This document shows, piece after piece, positions 1-13,600 of a stretch of DNA of 64,000 nucleotides. How positions within the stretch are numbered: the first letter of the stretch is position 1; each line of letters starts with the position of its first letter. The DNA lies in the NCBI GenBank assembly GCA_028023455.1, contig JAQFVV010000003.1, forward strand, positions 30,008,001 to 30,072,000. Reading direction: 5' to 3'. Both the position numbers and the translations under genes were made by a program. Origin of the DNA: Epiperipatus broadwayi. Lineage: Eukaryota > Animalia > Onychophora. The notes beneath the pieces are model-generated. The model did not search any database. It was not told where the DNA came from and worked only from the letters and a program-made list of their open reading frames with translations.

Positions 1-2060
1 GCTTTTCCTTTATCGAGATCAGGAATCTCTCAGCTACCATGCCCAGAAAAACCTGTTAGCTACCTTACCTTCTTTTCCATTCTGTACTCTTTAAGTTTTT
101 CCCATATTTGTCTCTATCCTGCTCCATCCCATTTCCACAACATCTTTGTTCACTCTATGGCCTTTATATCCAGATCCCCCTTATTTTTTTTCCAAACCCA
201 GCATAAAAACCAAAACACCACTTTCTGTATAATCACTTTGTTTATATTTATTATCCCATAACTTCATTATTTGTGCCCATTCTGCTTGTAAGCATTTACA
301 TTTAATTAGCAGATGCTTAAATTTTCCATACTTTCCTTGGATAACTGGCAAACTAAATCACCCACATTTTCCCATTTATGTATATATTCCCTTGTTGCTA
401 ACGATCCTGTTAGAGCCTTAAACAGTAAAATACTTTCCTTACTATTATTGTAAATCAACTCACACCCAATATTCTTTTTACTTTTATATATATTTAAACT
501 CTTTTTTTCTCCATATCTGTTCTCCATCTCTCCAACTCCTTATTTTTTATTAATGCATCTATTCTTCTATCCCATTCTTTGCCACTATAACACTCAACAA
601 TTCTCCTACAATCATCTCATCTTTTGAACAAGTATACTGACATAGTTTTTACCCAAATCTTCTGCATATTGTGCTACCTTTCTCACCCATCTTGTTGCCT
701 GTTCTTTATTCATCTCTTACTATCCATAAATTTCAATCTACCGAACATTTTCATTTTGCTTTTTGTATCTCTTATATGTCATTCACATATCTGCATCTAA
801 TACATGTCTTCCTACTTTTTCTAAGTCATCTAACATCCCTTTACTAACACATAACATATCGTTACCATGAGTTAAAACTCTGCTACTGTCACTCTCTTCC
901 ATACAATTTTTCCTACATCACACTTATTAAATGAAAACACTGTTAATTTCTTTATGAGTCACTTTTTTTTCTTTACTTCATTCATCAATTTTTCTCCCAT
1001 TTGTCCAAGTAATTTCTCTGATTGCTTAAGACAATTCCAAAATAGTTATATCTATTCATCACATTTAACTTTAAATCCCCCAATAAAAATTCTTTCTCTT
1101 CTTTTTCCCCAGCATTTATCATCATTACTTTTGATTTTTTCCCATTAAATTTAATCCCCATTTCTTTACCCACCCTAGTGCACACCTTCAGCATAATTTC
1201 CATATCTTCTCTATGCACAAAAAATATCATTAGCAAATAAAAAACCTAATAATATATACACTCCCTTGCCATCTATTAATAGTCTCTATACCCCTCTTCC
1301 TAGTCTTTCTATTGCTCTCTCAAATCTAACGAAAACAAAATAGGTGACAGAGCATTCTTGCCTTAGTCCCATCCCATTTTTTACTTTGATTCTATATTTT
1401 CTAATTGATACATATAGTTAATTATTTTCATAGAATCTCTTAATAAGATCCACTAAAGCTCCATTCATTCACAAATTTATTAAACTTACCCATAATCTAT
1501 TTACTCTATCATATGCCTTCTCTATATCTATGAAGACCATATATAATTGTCTACCTGTATTCCTATTCATATGTATAAGTTATGTGACTACAAATAAACT
1601 ATCTCCTATACACCTACCTGTTCTAAAACTTTCTTGCATTTCTTTCACTATATTATTTTCTTCCATCCAGTTTGCCACCCTTCCAACCATCATATATGCA
1701 AAAACTTTATACAACACTGATGTTATCACTATCAGTCTATATTTGTTTACCTTTCTGTGGTCCTTACCTTTCCTTTAAATAGTAGCCTTACTCTTGTATT
1801 ATTCCAGTTATCTGGAAATTCTGTGTTCTGTGCCATCTTATTAAAACATGACAATAGATTTAATTTTGCCCTATTTCCCAAATTCATCACCATCTCTGCT
1901 GCCCATCCATCTAAATCTCTTGCCTTTGCACTTCTCAATTTCTTCTCTGCCTCATTCAATTTATTTTCTATAAAACTAGTATTTCCATTATTATACACTT
2001 TTATGTTTGTTATCATTCTGTCCTTTACAACTAACATCCATTATATGCTTATTTAAGATT
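1..2060 (-). mobile_element. Degenerate 5'-truncated non-LTR retrotransposon (RT domain plus C-terminal CCHC-like region)
   Basis: Broken frames give WNNTRVRLLFKGK, YRLIVITSVLYKVF, VFIDIEKAYDRV, GLRQEC, FLFAND (YADD-like) and KFNGKKSKVM, then LFKALTGSL; many stops and frameshifts. Confidence 0.85.
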
Positions 2061-2074
2061 GTCGCTAATTCTTC

Positions 2075-2640
2075 TCACTGTGACTTCTCCTTATACGGAG
2101 ACAGGAATCTCTCAGCAACTATGCCCAGAGAAATCTGTTAGCCACTTTGACTTTCCTTTCCATTCCCCATCCTAAGTTTTCCCAATATTCTTCTCTATCA
2201 TGCTCCATTCCATTTCCACAACATAATCTTTGTCAACTCCATAGCCTTTATATCTAAATCCTCCTTGTCTTTTCCCAAACCCAGCATAAAAACCAATAAT
2301 CCACTTTCTGTATAATCACTTTGTTTATATTTATTCTTCCACAACTTCATTATTTGTACCCTTTCTGCTTTCAGGCACTTACATTCAATTAACAGATGCT
2401 TAATATTTTCTATGCCTTCCATATACAACTTGCAGACTAAATCACCCACATTTTTCCATTTATGTGTATATTCCCTTGTTGCTAAAGATCCTGTTAGAGT
2501 CTTAAACAGTAAATTCCTTTCCTTGCTATTATTATAAATTAACTTGCACCCAATATTCTGTTTACTTCTATAAATATTTAAACTCTTTTTACTCTCCATC
2601 CTAGTTCTCCAGTCTCCAAATCCCCATTCTTTATTAATGC
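2075..2640 (-). mobile_element. Second 3'-end fragment of the same LINE family, in tandem
   Basis: 2080-2640 aligns by eye to 1-560 (e.g. caggaatctctcagc at 20 and 2102); ORF 2198-2599 has CKLY..ENIKHLLIEC zinc-knuckle-like motif. Confidence 0.85.
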
Positions 2641-3705
2641 ATGAAGGATTGTTGAATGCAGTGATGACATCTGGAATTCTAATTAGACTTTATACCCTGT
2701 GTATATCATTTGACTTCCTAAGCAAAAAATCATATGACTTATATATTTATTTATTTATATGTAATACATGATAATTTATTACTAGATTTTAAAGTGTGAA
2801 TACACCTTCTATTTTAATAATGCAGTTTATAAATTTATATGATTAGTTTTGTACTTTGAACAATATTTTTCCATTATTAGAATAAATCATGGACGCAGAA
2901 CTTGTAAATGCATTCCTTTTAATAAGGATGGAAGTTACATCACACAAAAATTGTGTGTTTTTGTTTTAGAATCAAGGCATTGACTCTAAATTCTCTGATC
3001 CAGAGACTTGACATGTCTTTCATCTTCAAGTTAAAAATAATAATCACCTCACCTATTTAATATTGGATAATTCTGGATTGGCTACAAACTAACTACCTGA
3101 AAAAATCCTTACCTTATTGGAAAACCATCACCAATTTAAAGAGCCTCCGAGATCTATTCTGAGTTTGAGCACCAGGTTGTAGGCATGGTAGGTAGATGCT
3201 CTAATGTTTATACCATGAAGATCTTATTAAAAAGTAAAAATAACTCTTATTGAAGGTCAAAAACATTTTTTATATCAGAAATTTTAATTATACACGAGTG
3301 TGTAACAAATGCACGCACACACAAAATATACATGGACGTGGAGTTTCAGTGTTTATACGCATAATGAAAGAGAATGATATGTTTCTATGCTGGTGAATGA
3401 TTGTGATATGGTGGAGATACATTGAGGTATGTACTGACAAAAACAAAATTCTTGGAAAATTTATAATCCTATGTTGAAAAATTAGTATGTTTTTCTAAGA
3501 ATATGATTAGAAGTAATGATAAATTTTATACAATTCCTATTATTATAATAAAAGTTTTTAAATAGTGTTAAACTTGTTAGACAGGTGAAAAAATTAAAAA
3601 CTCTTAATAAAAAAACTATTTGTACGTTTTTTTAAAATAGATTTTTATATCAAACAAGCAAATTTAATATGTCTATATAAAACATGAAAATATACAATAA
3701 TTAAG

Positions 3706-3862
3706 ATTAATACATTGTACAGGCTTAAACCTGCATTTATATATGTAATATTTGTGGGATTCGAACTCAAGACTTACACATGACCCACTACTCTCAGTGC
3801 CACCTCATATTGCTGATCCACCTGATCACACACATGTTGAAAAGATAAATAATCACCAATAT
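3706..3862 (-). mobile_element. Short interspersed element family E, copy without inverted arm
   Basis: Matches 4190-4296 and 60602-60745; minus strand has a perfect Pol III B-box GAGTTCGAATCCC (3756-3768) and a 3' hairpin (tgcagg tttaag cctgta). Confidence 0.7.
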
Positions 3863-4189
3863 ATGTATTTCATACTAAACCAGCAATCATCAGTTAGTCT
3901 AGATTACTATCCTCACACATATATATAATCAGTGCTCAGCTTTATATTAAGATAGACAATCTTCATATTTTAATGGATAGGCTTCAAACTATTCCAACTC
4001 ACAACTCTTCAGCCTTCCATTTCATTGAAAATCTGATGGTGGAATGTTCAAAGCCCTTGTTAGCGCCAAGGTTGTCATCCTACCCATGTTGACATATTAG
4101 TCATTCTGACCCCTCATGTACAGGAGAATAATCCATTTATATGTACATATGCGAGGGATGGGCAGACCTTTTACACACTATTTATATAA

Positions 4190-4296
4190 ATTAATACATT
4201 GTACAGGTTTAAACCTGCATTTATATATGTAATATTTGCGAGATTCAAACTCAGACTTTCACACGATCCACTACTCTCAGTGCCATCTCATATTGC
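4190..4296 (-). mobile_element. Family E, truncated copy
   Basis: ttaatacattgtacagg...ctactctcagtgccatctcatattg matches 3706-3812. Confidence 0.7.
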
Positions 4297-4523
4297 ATTG
4301 TATTTATTTAATCCCTATGCTAAGATCTCTGATTAAAGACAAGAGGAGATAACAAAATAATAGGGTACTATAATTAAGCACTAGCATTTGATCATCATCA
4401 ATGATAATCTGACATAACCTATCATTTTCTTAATATCACTTAGTCAAGCATCTCAAATTTAGAACTACAACAAACTTTTATACACAAATTCCAGAAATTA
4501 TAACAGAGATTGATTTAAATTAC

Positions 4524-4625
4524 CTTATATTGTCTTTTTGTCTTGTCTTTTGCTTTTTGAAGAGCTAAAAGAACTGCCACTGTATCCAGCTCCTGCTGGG
4601 TAGGTTTCTGATTGTCCAAATCAGC
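4524..4625 (-). CDS. NISCH: NISCH-like exon 8
   Basis: ttttag|..|gtaatt; 102 nt, phase 0->0; [34 protein letters not shown]. Confidence 0.9.
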
Positions 4626-7600
4626 CTAAAATAAATATGAGTAAAAACAAATATAATAAAACATTAATACCAATAAAACTTTATATGACTTCTACTCACA
4701 CATAGCTTTTAAATAGAAAATGTATTTCTTCTACCCGAGTTCTCAGACTTTGAGTAAGTTTGAATAATCAATAGATCATGCTTAATATATTTCTAACCAG
4801 GGCTAACCTATCCATATTACCAGACTAGTTTCTAACTTATGATTTTTATTGGATTTTTTTATATCTAATGCACTTTTTCTCCAACAATCCAATTAGTTTG
4901 CAAAGTTATATAGAATGGACTTAATTCATATCTATACATTTTGCCATTCTATTTTTTAATAACTGTGGATATCTACATTTCCGTAGCCAGAACTGTTATA
5001 ATACCAACAAAACATTACACGATCTAATCTGGGAATATGGGTAAGATAATACTGGATAGGAATTTATTAAACAATATCAACTATCTATTGATTACTCAAG
5101 CCTACACAAAGTGAAAGAAATAGAGTAGGAAAAATATATTTGCTACATAAAGGTAATGTGTAGACAGACGACACTTATTTTGTTAGCCAAGATATATAAA
5201 TTTCTATTGTAATTAAATAACTGAGGATACCAAAATAAGTAAATAATGAACTAATGTCAGATTTCTATAACTATGAAAGCAATATCAAAAACCCCATCTA
5301 GTGCAGAACAAAACTCAAACCAATTACATAAAAAAGTGGTAGCTGTTGTGTTTACAAGAAAAAGTTCCATCGATATTTGTATGGACGATCATTTAAATTT
5401 ATTATCAATCATAAGCCACTTTTGGGAATTTAGGCCAAAAATTAGATAGCTCCAAATCATTTAAACCCCTGAATACTTTACTGACTAAATCTTTAAGCAG
5501 GATTTGATTTTGAAATTGATTTTAAAAGGGGACATAATGTCAGACCCAGATATAACTGAATCAGCTGTTAACCATATAGATGGACAAAGGCGGATAAGGG
5601 ATATCAACTGCTAATCAAATGTATTAGCAGAGTTTGGCCTAACCATCATCCTGAACTATTCATAAATTTATATAAAATATAGAAAAATGATTTATAAATA
5701 AAGGATGTACTCTAATGGATAACAGATTGCTGATACTGAGCACTGATCATCAACAGGTTTTACAGTTAATTCACTAAGGTCACTCTTACATGATGCAGCT
5801 AAGGTACTTGCCTGTAGTTATGTATAGTGGCCTGGTATTAATATAGAAAAATCTGTGACAAATTCGAAGATAGCAAATGCATCAGCAAAAAAATATATTG
5901 CATAGCCATCAGTCACAAAACCTTAAAATTATGTTCACAATGACCATGTTGTATTGTATCTTTCTGTGGCTACATATTTTTACTAATTGATACATACTCT
6001 AAATGAACTGAGTATAGAATCATTAAAACACCCGTTTGGACAAAACAAAAGAAAAACTTAAAAAAAACCTGTGCTTTTTATGGTTTCCTGAGATGCTAGT
6101 ATCAGATAAAGGCATTAGTTTCACATACAACAGATATGAGAAATTGCTAAAAGAAAGAGAGACTAAATACATCACCACATCCTCATTTCATTCAGAGTTG
6201 AAAAGCATTGCAAAAAAGAAAATAAAAGTTTTAAAACAAGTACTATGAAAGTAAGGACTTCTATCATACAAAAAATGTTATATATAGCCCTTCTATGTCA
6301 GCATAGTACCTTTTCAATTAGTACTGTTATCCTATGCTGAGATGAAGTTTGGGAGAAAAATATACATAAGATTTGCAGTAGTTAATCCAGGAGAGAATAT
6401 TCATTTAGACTCAAACTATGCTGAGGAAAATCACTACATTGTTGGAGAAATTGTGTGGATTAGAGATATTATGGGAAAATACCGGGTAAAAGGTGTGATA
6501 AAAAACACCTATCCAAACAAATAGTAGTTCTTGAAACTGAAATGAGACAAATTACTAAAATTTACATTAATGGTGTTCATCAAATTAAAAAAAGAAATTG
6601 ATCAGACAGGAAATAGCAAATTTAACATTATAGTAAGACCTCATATTAGACCATTAAGCACAACCAATCTCAGAAACATGAAATAATGGAATTGGCAGAA
6701 GAGTGCAATGACAAAAATAATAAAATAATGATAATAACTAGCAGTTATGCAGGTCCCAAATAAATAGAAAAGATGTGGAATATTTAAAAAACTTTTAGAT
6801 TTCATAAACTCTAATTTCTAAAGTGGAGGAGGTTGTGTTATGTTTGTAATTGAATTGAAATAATATGTTGTAATCGAGTATATAATCAGTTGTGCCTGGA
6901 TATTTTTTAAGTAAAAAAATATTCATTTAATAGATAATTAGAAAACAAGATAAATGGATTAGTAAAATAGAATTTATTCCAGCTCCAGAAATAGAAACCA
7001 TCATTAACTAATAATCAGTTAGATGGTAATCAGTCTCCAAATTTCCTTGGTATACACAAGTTAATTAAAGAATTATAGTGTTGCTATCTAGGAGTGAAAG
7101 GTATGGATAAAAGATATAACACAAAGAGAAAATAAGAATACACAAACACATACTTGTATCATGGAAGTTACTACAAGGTGAAGCAAGCATGAGCTTTAAG
7201 ACCAAAGTTTCAGGTGTGTGAGATGAAATTTTACCCAATGAATATCCACCACTGAAGATGCCAAAGTGAACCAAGGAACTTTTGCAGGTCATATAGGCCT
7301 TATTATTTTATTAAACTCTAGGGCAACATAAATATAAATATTATCCTTATAGTACCTTTATTTTACATATTATGATTTGTTAACTTGCTAGGTTTAATAA
7401 ACATAATATAAAATTTAGTTTAAATCTATTTGTGTAGCTATTTTATTTCTGAATGACCAGTCACTTTTTCCATGCCAGCAGTACTCAAGACATTTGCTAT
7501 AGCAAATTGCTGATCACTCTTTTTGTAATTAAATGTATTTGTATACTGTGATTTCTATTTGTTGGTACATATTTTTAATAATATGAAAACATTTATAGAT

Positions 7601-10600
7601 TCTTAAGTTTTTACATAAATATTTACTACTTTTTCCTTCCCATAATTTCCTTGTTTAGAATGTAGATCAATTTATCCTATGATTCCTCAACCCTCTCTAT
7701 ACACTTAGTAATTAAATGTAATCTTTTTTAAAAATCAGTTACTATAAGTTGTTGTTAAAATTAAATTTTCAAAATCACAAATTAATTAAATCTATGGACG
7801 AAGATATTGTTCGAACATTGGAAGTGATAAGTTGAGTTTGGAATCTTTTAATCTTTGAGATTATCATTTTATTCAACACTCAGACATATTAAATTATAGA
7901 TATTTATTGAACTTTTTTTTAATATATAAAATTTATTGGCAAATTCAAGAGGAATTAAAAAATATTTAGTAAATTGTAGTTCATGCTAAAATAATGTTTG
8001 GTACAACTTTAGTAATTTTGGTCAGACAGTAAAAGTTGCTAAAATATAGAGAATTGGATTAACAGTATAGTATCAATATGATGTTAGATGGATAAAAATA
8101 CCCTGTATATTTTAATAAACATAATTTAATAAAAAAAAATTTTTTTTATAAAAACAACACACAGTAAAAGCAAAATAATACTTTTTAAAATTCTTTTCTC
8201 ACCTCTGCAGCTCTTTCTCCAAATAGTACCAATACTTTAGTTCTGTAATCAACCATGATGGTCACATGATTTCCTATTAGATTTATAGTTTCTAAGCATG
8301 GTAAATTTTTGATGTAACTGAGCTCTGAACTCTTAAACAGAAAATAACAACATTGATTTAAAAAATAAATGAAACAAATTATTAATTAATAAAGAATTAA
8401 ATAACTTTAAACAAAATAATTATATTTATTTATGAATTTAAGCATTTTCACATCAAAATGAAAAAATTAGCATTAGAAAAAAGTTTTTAACTTAAAAATA
8501 AACAAATGACTGAAGGATTAGTCACGGAGGAGAGTATATGTCATTTGAATACTAGAAGTGGATGATTGATCCTCTAGGAGTATTTAGTTCATCTCTCTAT
8601 TATTCTGAGAAACTACATAGAGCAAAAATAATCAAATTGTTAGTTGCTCATATAAATACCCAAATGTAATAGACCGAGTTTCAACCAAAAGCAATTTGCA
8701 TATCATTTTACCACTTTATTAAATTACGCAGAACAATCAAAATAAAATCCTTTAGCCTGAATGTAAATGGGATTTAGATAATTGTAGCATCAAAAAAAAC
8801 AAAAAACAAAAAAAAACAACAATTTTTTATTAGAGAAAATCTAAAATAACTTTCTTGAAAAAAAAAAAAGAAGATATGTGACAGTCCACTATCAATTAAT
8901 TATTTCTTTACAACAGTAAAACAAACAAAAATCTAAAAAATCATCAAAGAATAATTTCTATTTTTAATTAAAGAAAAAAAACGACATATTTGAACCAAGG
9001 GCAATACTCCTTTTTATACCATAGTACTATCTATTGTAAGCTTGAATAATCAGTGCTCACAGGTGATGATACAAAATTTAATCCCCACCTCCTAGTCTAT
9101 CTGTAAAATTCTACCTTTGAATCATTAATCCTCAATGATAAAGGCAGGGTCTATCTGGAGATGGAAATTAAATTGCATTATCATCTTGTAAACACTAATT
9201 AATCAAGTTTATACTAGATGGCACTGGGATAAAAAAGTTGCTTTTGTTTATACTATTGTAAAAAGCTAAGAGAATCAAGCAATGTATCAAAATTAACATA
9301 ATACTGGCATTTACAAAAAAAGATATTCTGGCTCGCACTGAGTGACAATACTATATGGAAAGTTTTGCCTGTTTTAATTCATAAAAGTATACAGTATGTA
9401 TAAATTATTAAGTATTTTGTTTTAGGATTTGCCTGTCTGTCTATCTATGTTAAAATGGTTTTCATTGGTAAAACACATGAATGTTTTTGCTTTTTCACAT
9501 CTATGATATTACTAATTTATTACAGCACTGAAACATATAGAAAAATAGTAAATCAGCGAACTTCGCTGCTCCCTTGGTGATCAAACGAGCAGGATTTTTC
9601 AAATATACTGAAACATCATTCATTATTATGACAATGATAGCATCCAGTTTTCTTTAAGCTTTATAAGTATTATAAGCTTTTTCTATTTAGATTATCTCAT
9701 ATTATGATCAAATAGCAGAATTTCAACCTCACTATTGGTGCTGCAAATAAAAGTTCAGGCCTAATCTGACCATTTAATTATTTATTTTCCTTAACACTCA
9801 TGATTTTCTTAAAGACTTGTCCAATTTTCACACTACTAGAGTGCCACAAAAAATATACAGAACAATTCTGCTCATTGTATTTGAAGACATGTCCTTATAT
9901 CTAAAGATTTTTGATTACAGCTCTTCTCAGTATTAGTTTGCAATAGATTTCTCAATTATTGGATTATTTGCTATTGATAAACAATCCATGGAGATGAAAA
10001 TTAATAATCCATACATTTTCACTATTATTTCAAGAGCATATTTTTTTACCCTACTTTATTGTAGGCTTGAGTAACAATGTTATAATGGTATAGGGAACAC
10101 TTGCATAATTAAATAGATCAATTTCTATATATTTTATAGATCTGTTTTATACTGATTGTACATCCTTTCTATCATTTATTTAGAACATTAATACTAACAA
10201 CAATATCACATAAATCATATTTCCAAAAGTTCTATAATATAGCCATTGATTATTTGAGCTTATAATAAATAGCTATAGAGAAGGGTAAAACGATCTGTTC
10301 TTGGAAGTATATGAGAGCTATATAATATTAATATTCATCATTTGCATTAAAACAGCTATTATCTCCATTATCACAATCTATTCCTTCTTTACAATTAATT
10401 ATGTTTTCAATTTTTTAGTTCATTTTTAAATGCCTTTAAAATTTCTATTTTTCTGGTATAAGCTTGGTGTTTTATAAAGAGCTCGCAAATAAGCTCTTAA
10501 CAAGCTTTGCAGAATATCCTCAACTCCAGATCGGTTTCTGCTACTGGCTTCGTCAGTGAGGTGCCAGGATATTCAAGCATTAGATTAAAAATACTAGGAC

Positions 10601-13600
10601 AAGCCCAGCACTGTATCTAATGGATAACTATTAAGTAGAAAATCTGAAATTTTCAGACGTCAAAATGTCTTCCAATCCAGCTATTCTAACTTACATAGCC
10701 ATATGGGACTGAACTAAGTTCAGATTGGAAGACATATGGATGTCTGAAAATTTCAGATTTTCTACTTAATAGTTATCCATTAGATAAAGTGCTGGGCTTG
10801 TCCTAGTATTTTTAATCTAATGCTTGAATATCCTGGTTCCTCACTGACGAAGTCAGTAGTAGAAACTGGTCTGGGGTTGAGGATACTCTGCAAAGCTTGT
10901 TAAGAGCTTATTTGCGAGCTCTTTATAAAACACTTGTAATACAAGCTTGTTTAAATTAGGTGATGTGACATCTGACTTTATTTATTTGTAATTTTAAGCT
11001 TGGTGTTATCAGCATATTAATTTTGATTCCATGTTTGTTTTAATCCAAACTGTTTTTTTTTTCATTAATCAATTTACATAGTTGAAAACATCTAATTTCT
11101 TTGCTAATATAAAATCAAACTTTTTCTGTAACATTTTTCAAATGCTGCTGCCAGCTTCATATAGAATCCTCATAAAAACAACAAATATTCCATAATTGAA
11201 TATAACCAATTTAATTAAAAGCTTTATAATCAATAAAGTGCAAATAAACTTGTTTATCACATCCTTAAATTGTTTCTTAATCTTTCCTGAAACCAGCTTG
11301 ATCAGGAAAGTTTTTTTCAATGCAAAGCTTCAATTTAGGCTGAATGATTTCCAGCATAATATTACTTGTGTGGAATAAGAAGTGGTATAGTTTGCATCCT
11401 CTATTAAAATTTTGTCCTTTAATGTAAAAATATATTAGTTTTTAACAGACTTATAGCAAGTAAAAAGTTTTTAATATTAACTGGCATAATTTATTGAACA
11501 CTTCTATTGAAGTTTGATAAACTTTGCATTTTCTGATTCAAGGAGTTATTATTTTTCAATAATAATATCAAAGCCAATCTGATCTGATCTTGAATTATGG
11601 AAAATTCTTCTATATAGTTGATCTAATTAAAGTGTAATTTTTGTTTGATATTTGTTATATTGGTTATAATGTGACACTGGCATTACTGAGGAAATCTATT
11701 CAAGATTAATTTCCTTATGATTTCCCTAATGTCTTTAAAAGACAGCTTTTGTTTTTCCAAGTTTTTCAGTATCTTTGCAAATTATTGTATATTCCATTTT
11801 TTCTTTTTCTAAATGCGCTTCAAAATTTCCTCTTTAGTTATTTAAAAAAAAAAAATCTTTATCTTTTCTAACTGACTTTTTTTTCTTTGATTTTATCTTT
11901 TAAAATCTACTTTTATTTTTTTGGCTGTTTCATTTTAGTTAAATCTTTATTAGATTATCTGTTGTCCACACTTCCTATTCACCATCAATTATATTAAAAA
12001 CTTCAAAATGATACCCGAGCCATTCATAAATGCAATAGATATATCTTCTAGATTATATTTAAAATATGAGACTTACTACTATATAGTTTTTGAATTGATT
12101 AAAAATTTGCACATAACTAATTCATTATCTGCCCACAATCTGCTCTGGCCATGTTTTCCATTGCAGATGCAAAAAATAAAATCTATTTGATTCCTGTATC
12201 TTCTAAATGGTTGCGTTGCAATAAAAAGGAATTAATAAAACAAAAATTTTATTTTATTTTTTATGTTCATTTCTACTCCAGTCTATATTATCTAATAATA
12301 TTATATTTCTTTGCATTTCCAACTTTTTCATTCTAATTACTAATCCCTGAAGTATATCTTATTTGAAAATTGTCAATTATCGTATCCATACATGATCACA
12401 AAACTTTTCAATTTATTTTTCTCTTGCTTGCATTGTCGAAGCAAACTTTTATTACAGTAATGTTCAATAAGTATCACAGAAGTGGTATGTTATCAATCAA
12501 CTATTCACAAAGTTGTAACCATCGACAATTCATGCAATATGTTTCTAGACAATGAAATCACAACATGTCTTATTTGATGTCAAATTTGAATAATATAAAC
12601 ACCATCTGGAGCAATTTACTGTAAGCTTGTGTAAAATGGGATAATGCTATAAAATCCTCCATCTTCAGAACAGTTTCTGGCTTTTGTCTCCATTAATATT
12701 TAAGATAAATGTAGAAATAAGGCACTTGTGTATCTAGAAGCCATCATTTACTACTTTATACTCTTCAAATTAATATTTTGAAATTTTTTACTTAAAAAAA
12801 TTGAAATTTTGAACCCAATTATGCAAATAAATAAGCCTGGGTTCAAACTCATAATGCTTTTTTGAACTTCAAGACACCATCCTGAATAGTATGGCAACTA
12901 GCTGCATAAGGATTAGTTTAGTTTTGAATCCTAGTCTTCAATGATTGTGGCAAAAACTAGAAACTGAGATGAAGATTTTTCAACATTATGCTATCTGATA
13001 TATAGTGAATTCTCAAGTTTGCAAATAGATAGTTCTAGAATGCGATAAGGAAAACTACTTTTGGAAGTATAAGAAAGTCATGTGATATTGTTGTTGAAAA
13101 TAAACATTATATGTTGATCGAAAATCTTCCAAACCCGTTCACTTTATTTTGATAACTACTATAACATATCAATGGTTAAGTAACTAGGCTTTATGACTAG
13201 ATCTTGTAGAATTTTGCTTCTCCATTTTTCCTATCTGGCATCATCTAAAGATTTTATAAATTTGTCAGCAATTTCCAGATCTTTGATAGACAAAAATTGA
13301 TTATACAAAACACAGTTGCCTTTGTTTCAAACTATAAAGAATGGATTCTCTAGCAGCTATTAAACCTATCATAGCAAGAGAGAATTGGAGATTCTATTAA
13401 TATTCTACTCAGTATATCAAACTCCAATTAGCTTTCTTTAAATTCTATGTCAGAATGGGATAAATAATGTGGTTTCTTAAAAATAATTAGATATAGTTTA
13501 TATTGATGGGCGAAATGATCCATTGCAAGTAGTTTAGCACATAATAGAAAACATTTTTTGTAGAAACAAAACATAAATCAGAAGTTGTTTCTATTTTTTA

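Noticed and set aside
954-2056. Plus-strand ORFs 954-1148, 1530-1778, 1757-2056 as genes
   Set aside because: They are antisense shadows of the decayed LINE RT
10467-10933. Classifying the long hairpins as MITEs or foldback DNA transposons
   Set aside because: Asymmetric tails, variable arm truncation among family A copies and 12-14 bp TSDs fit retro-insertion better
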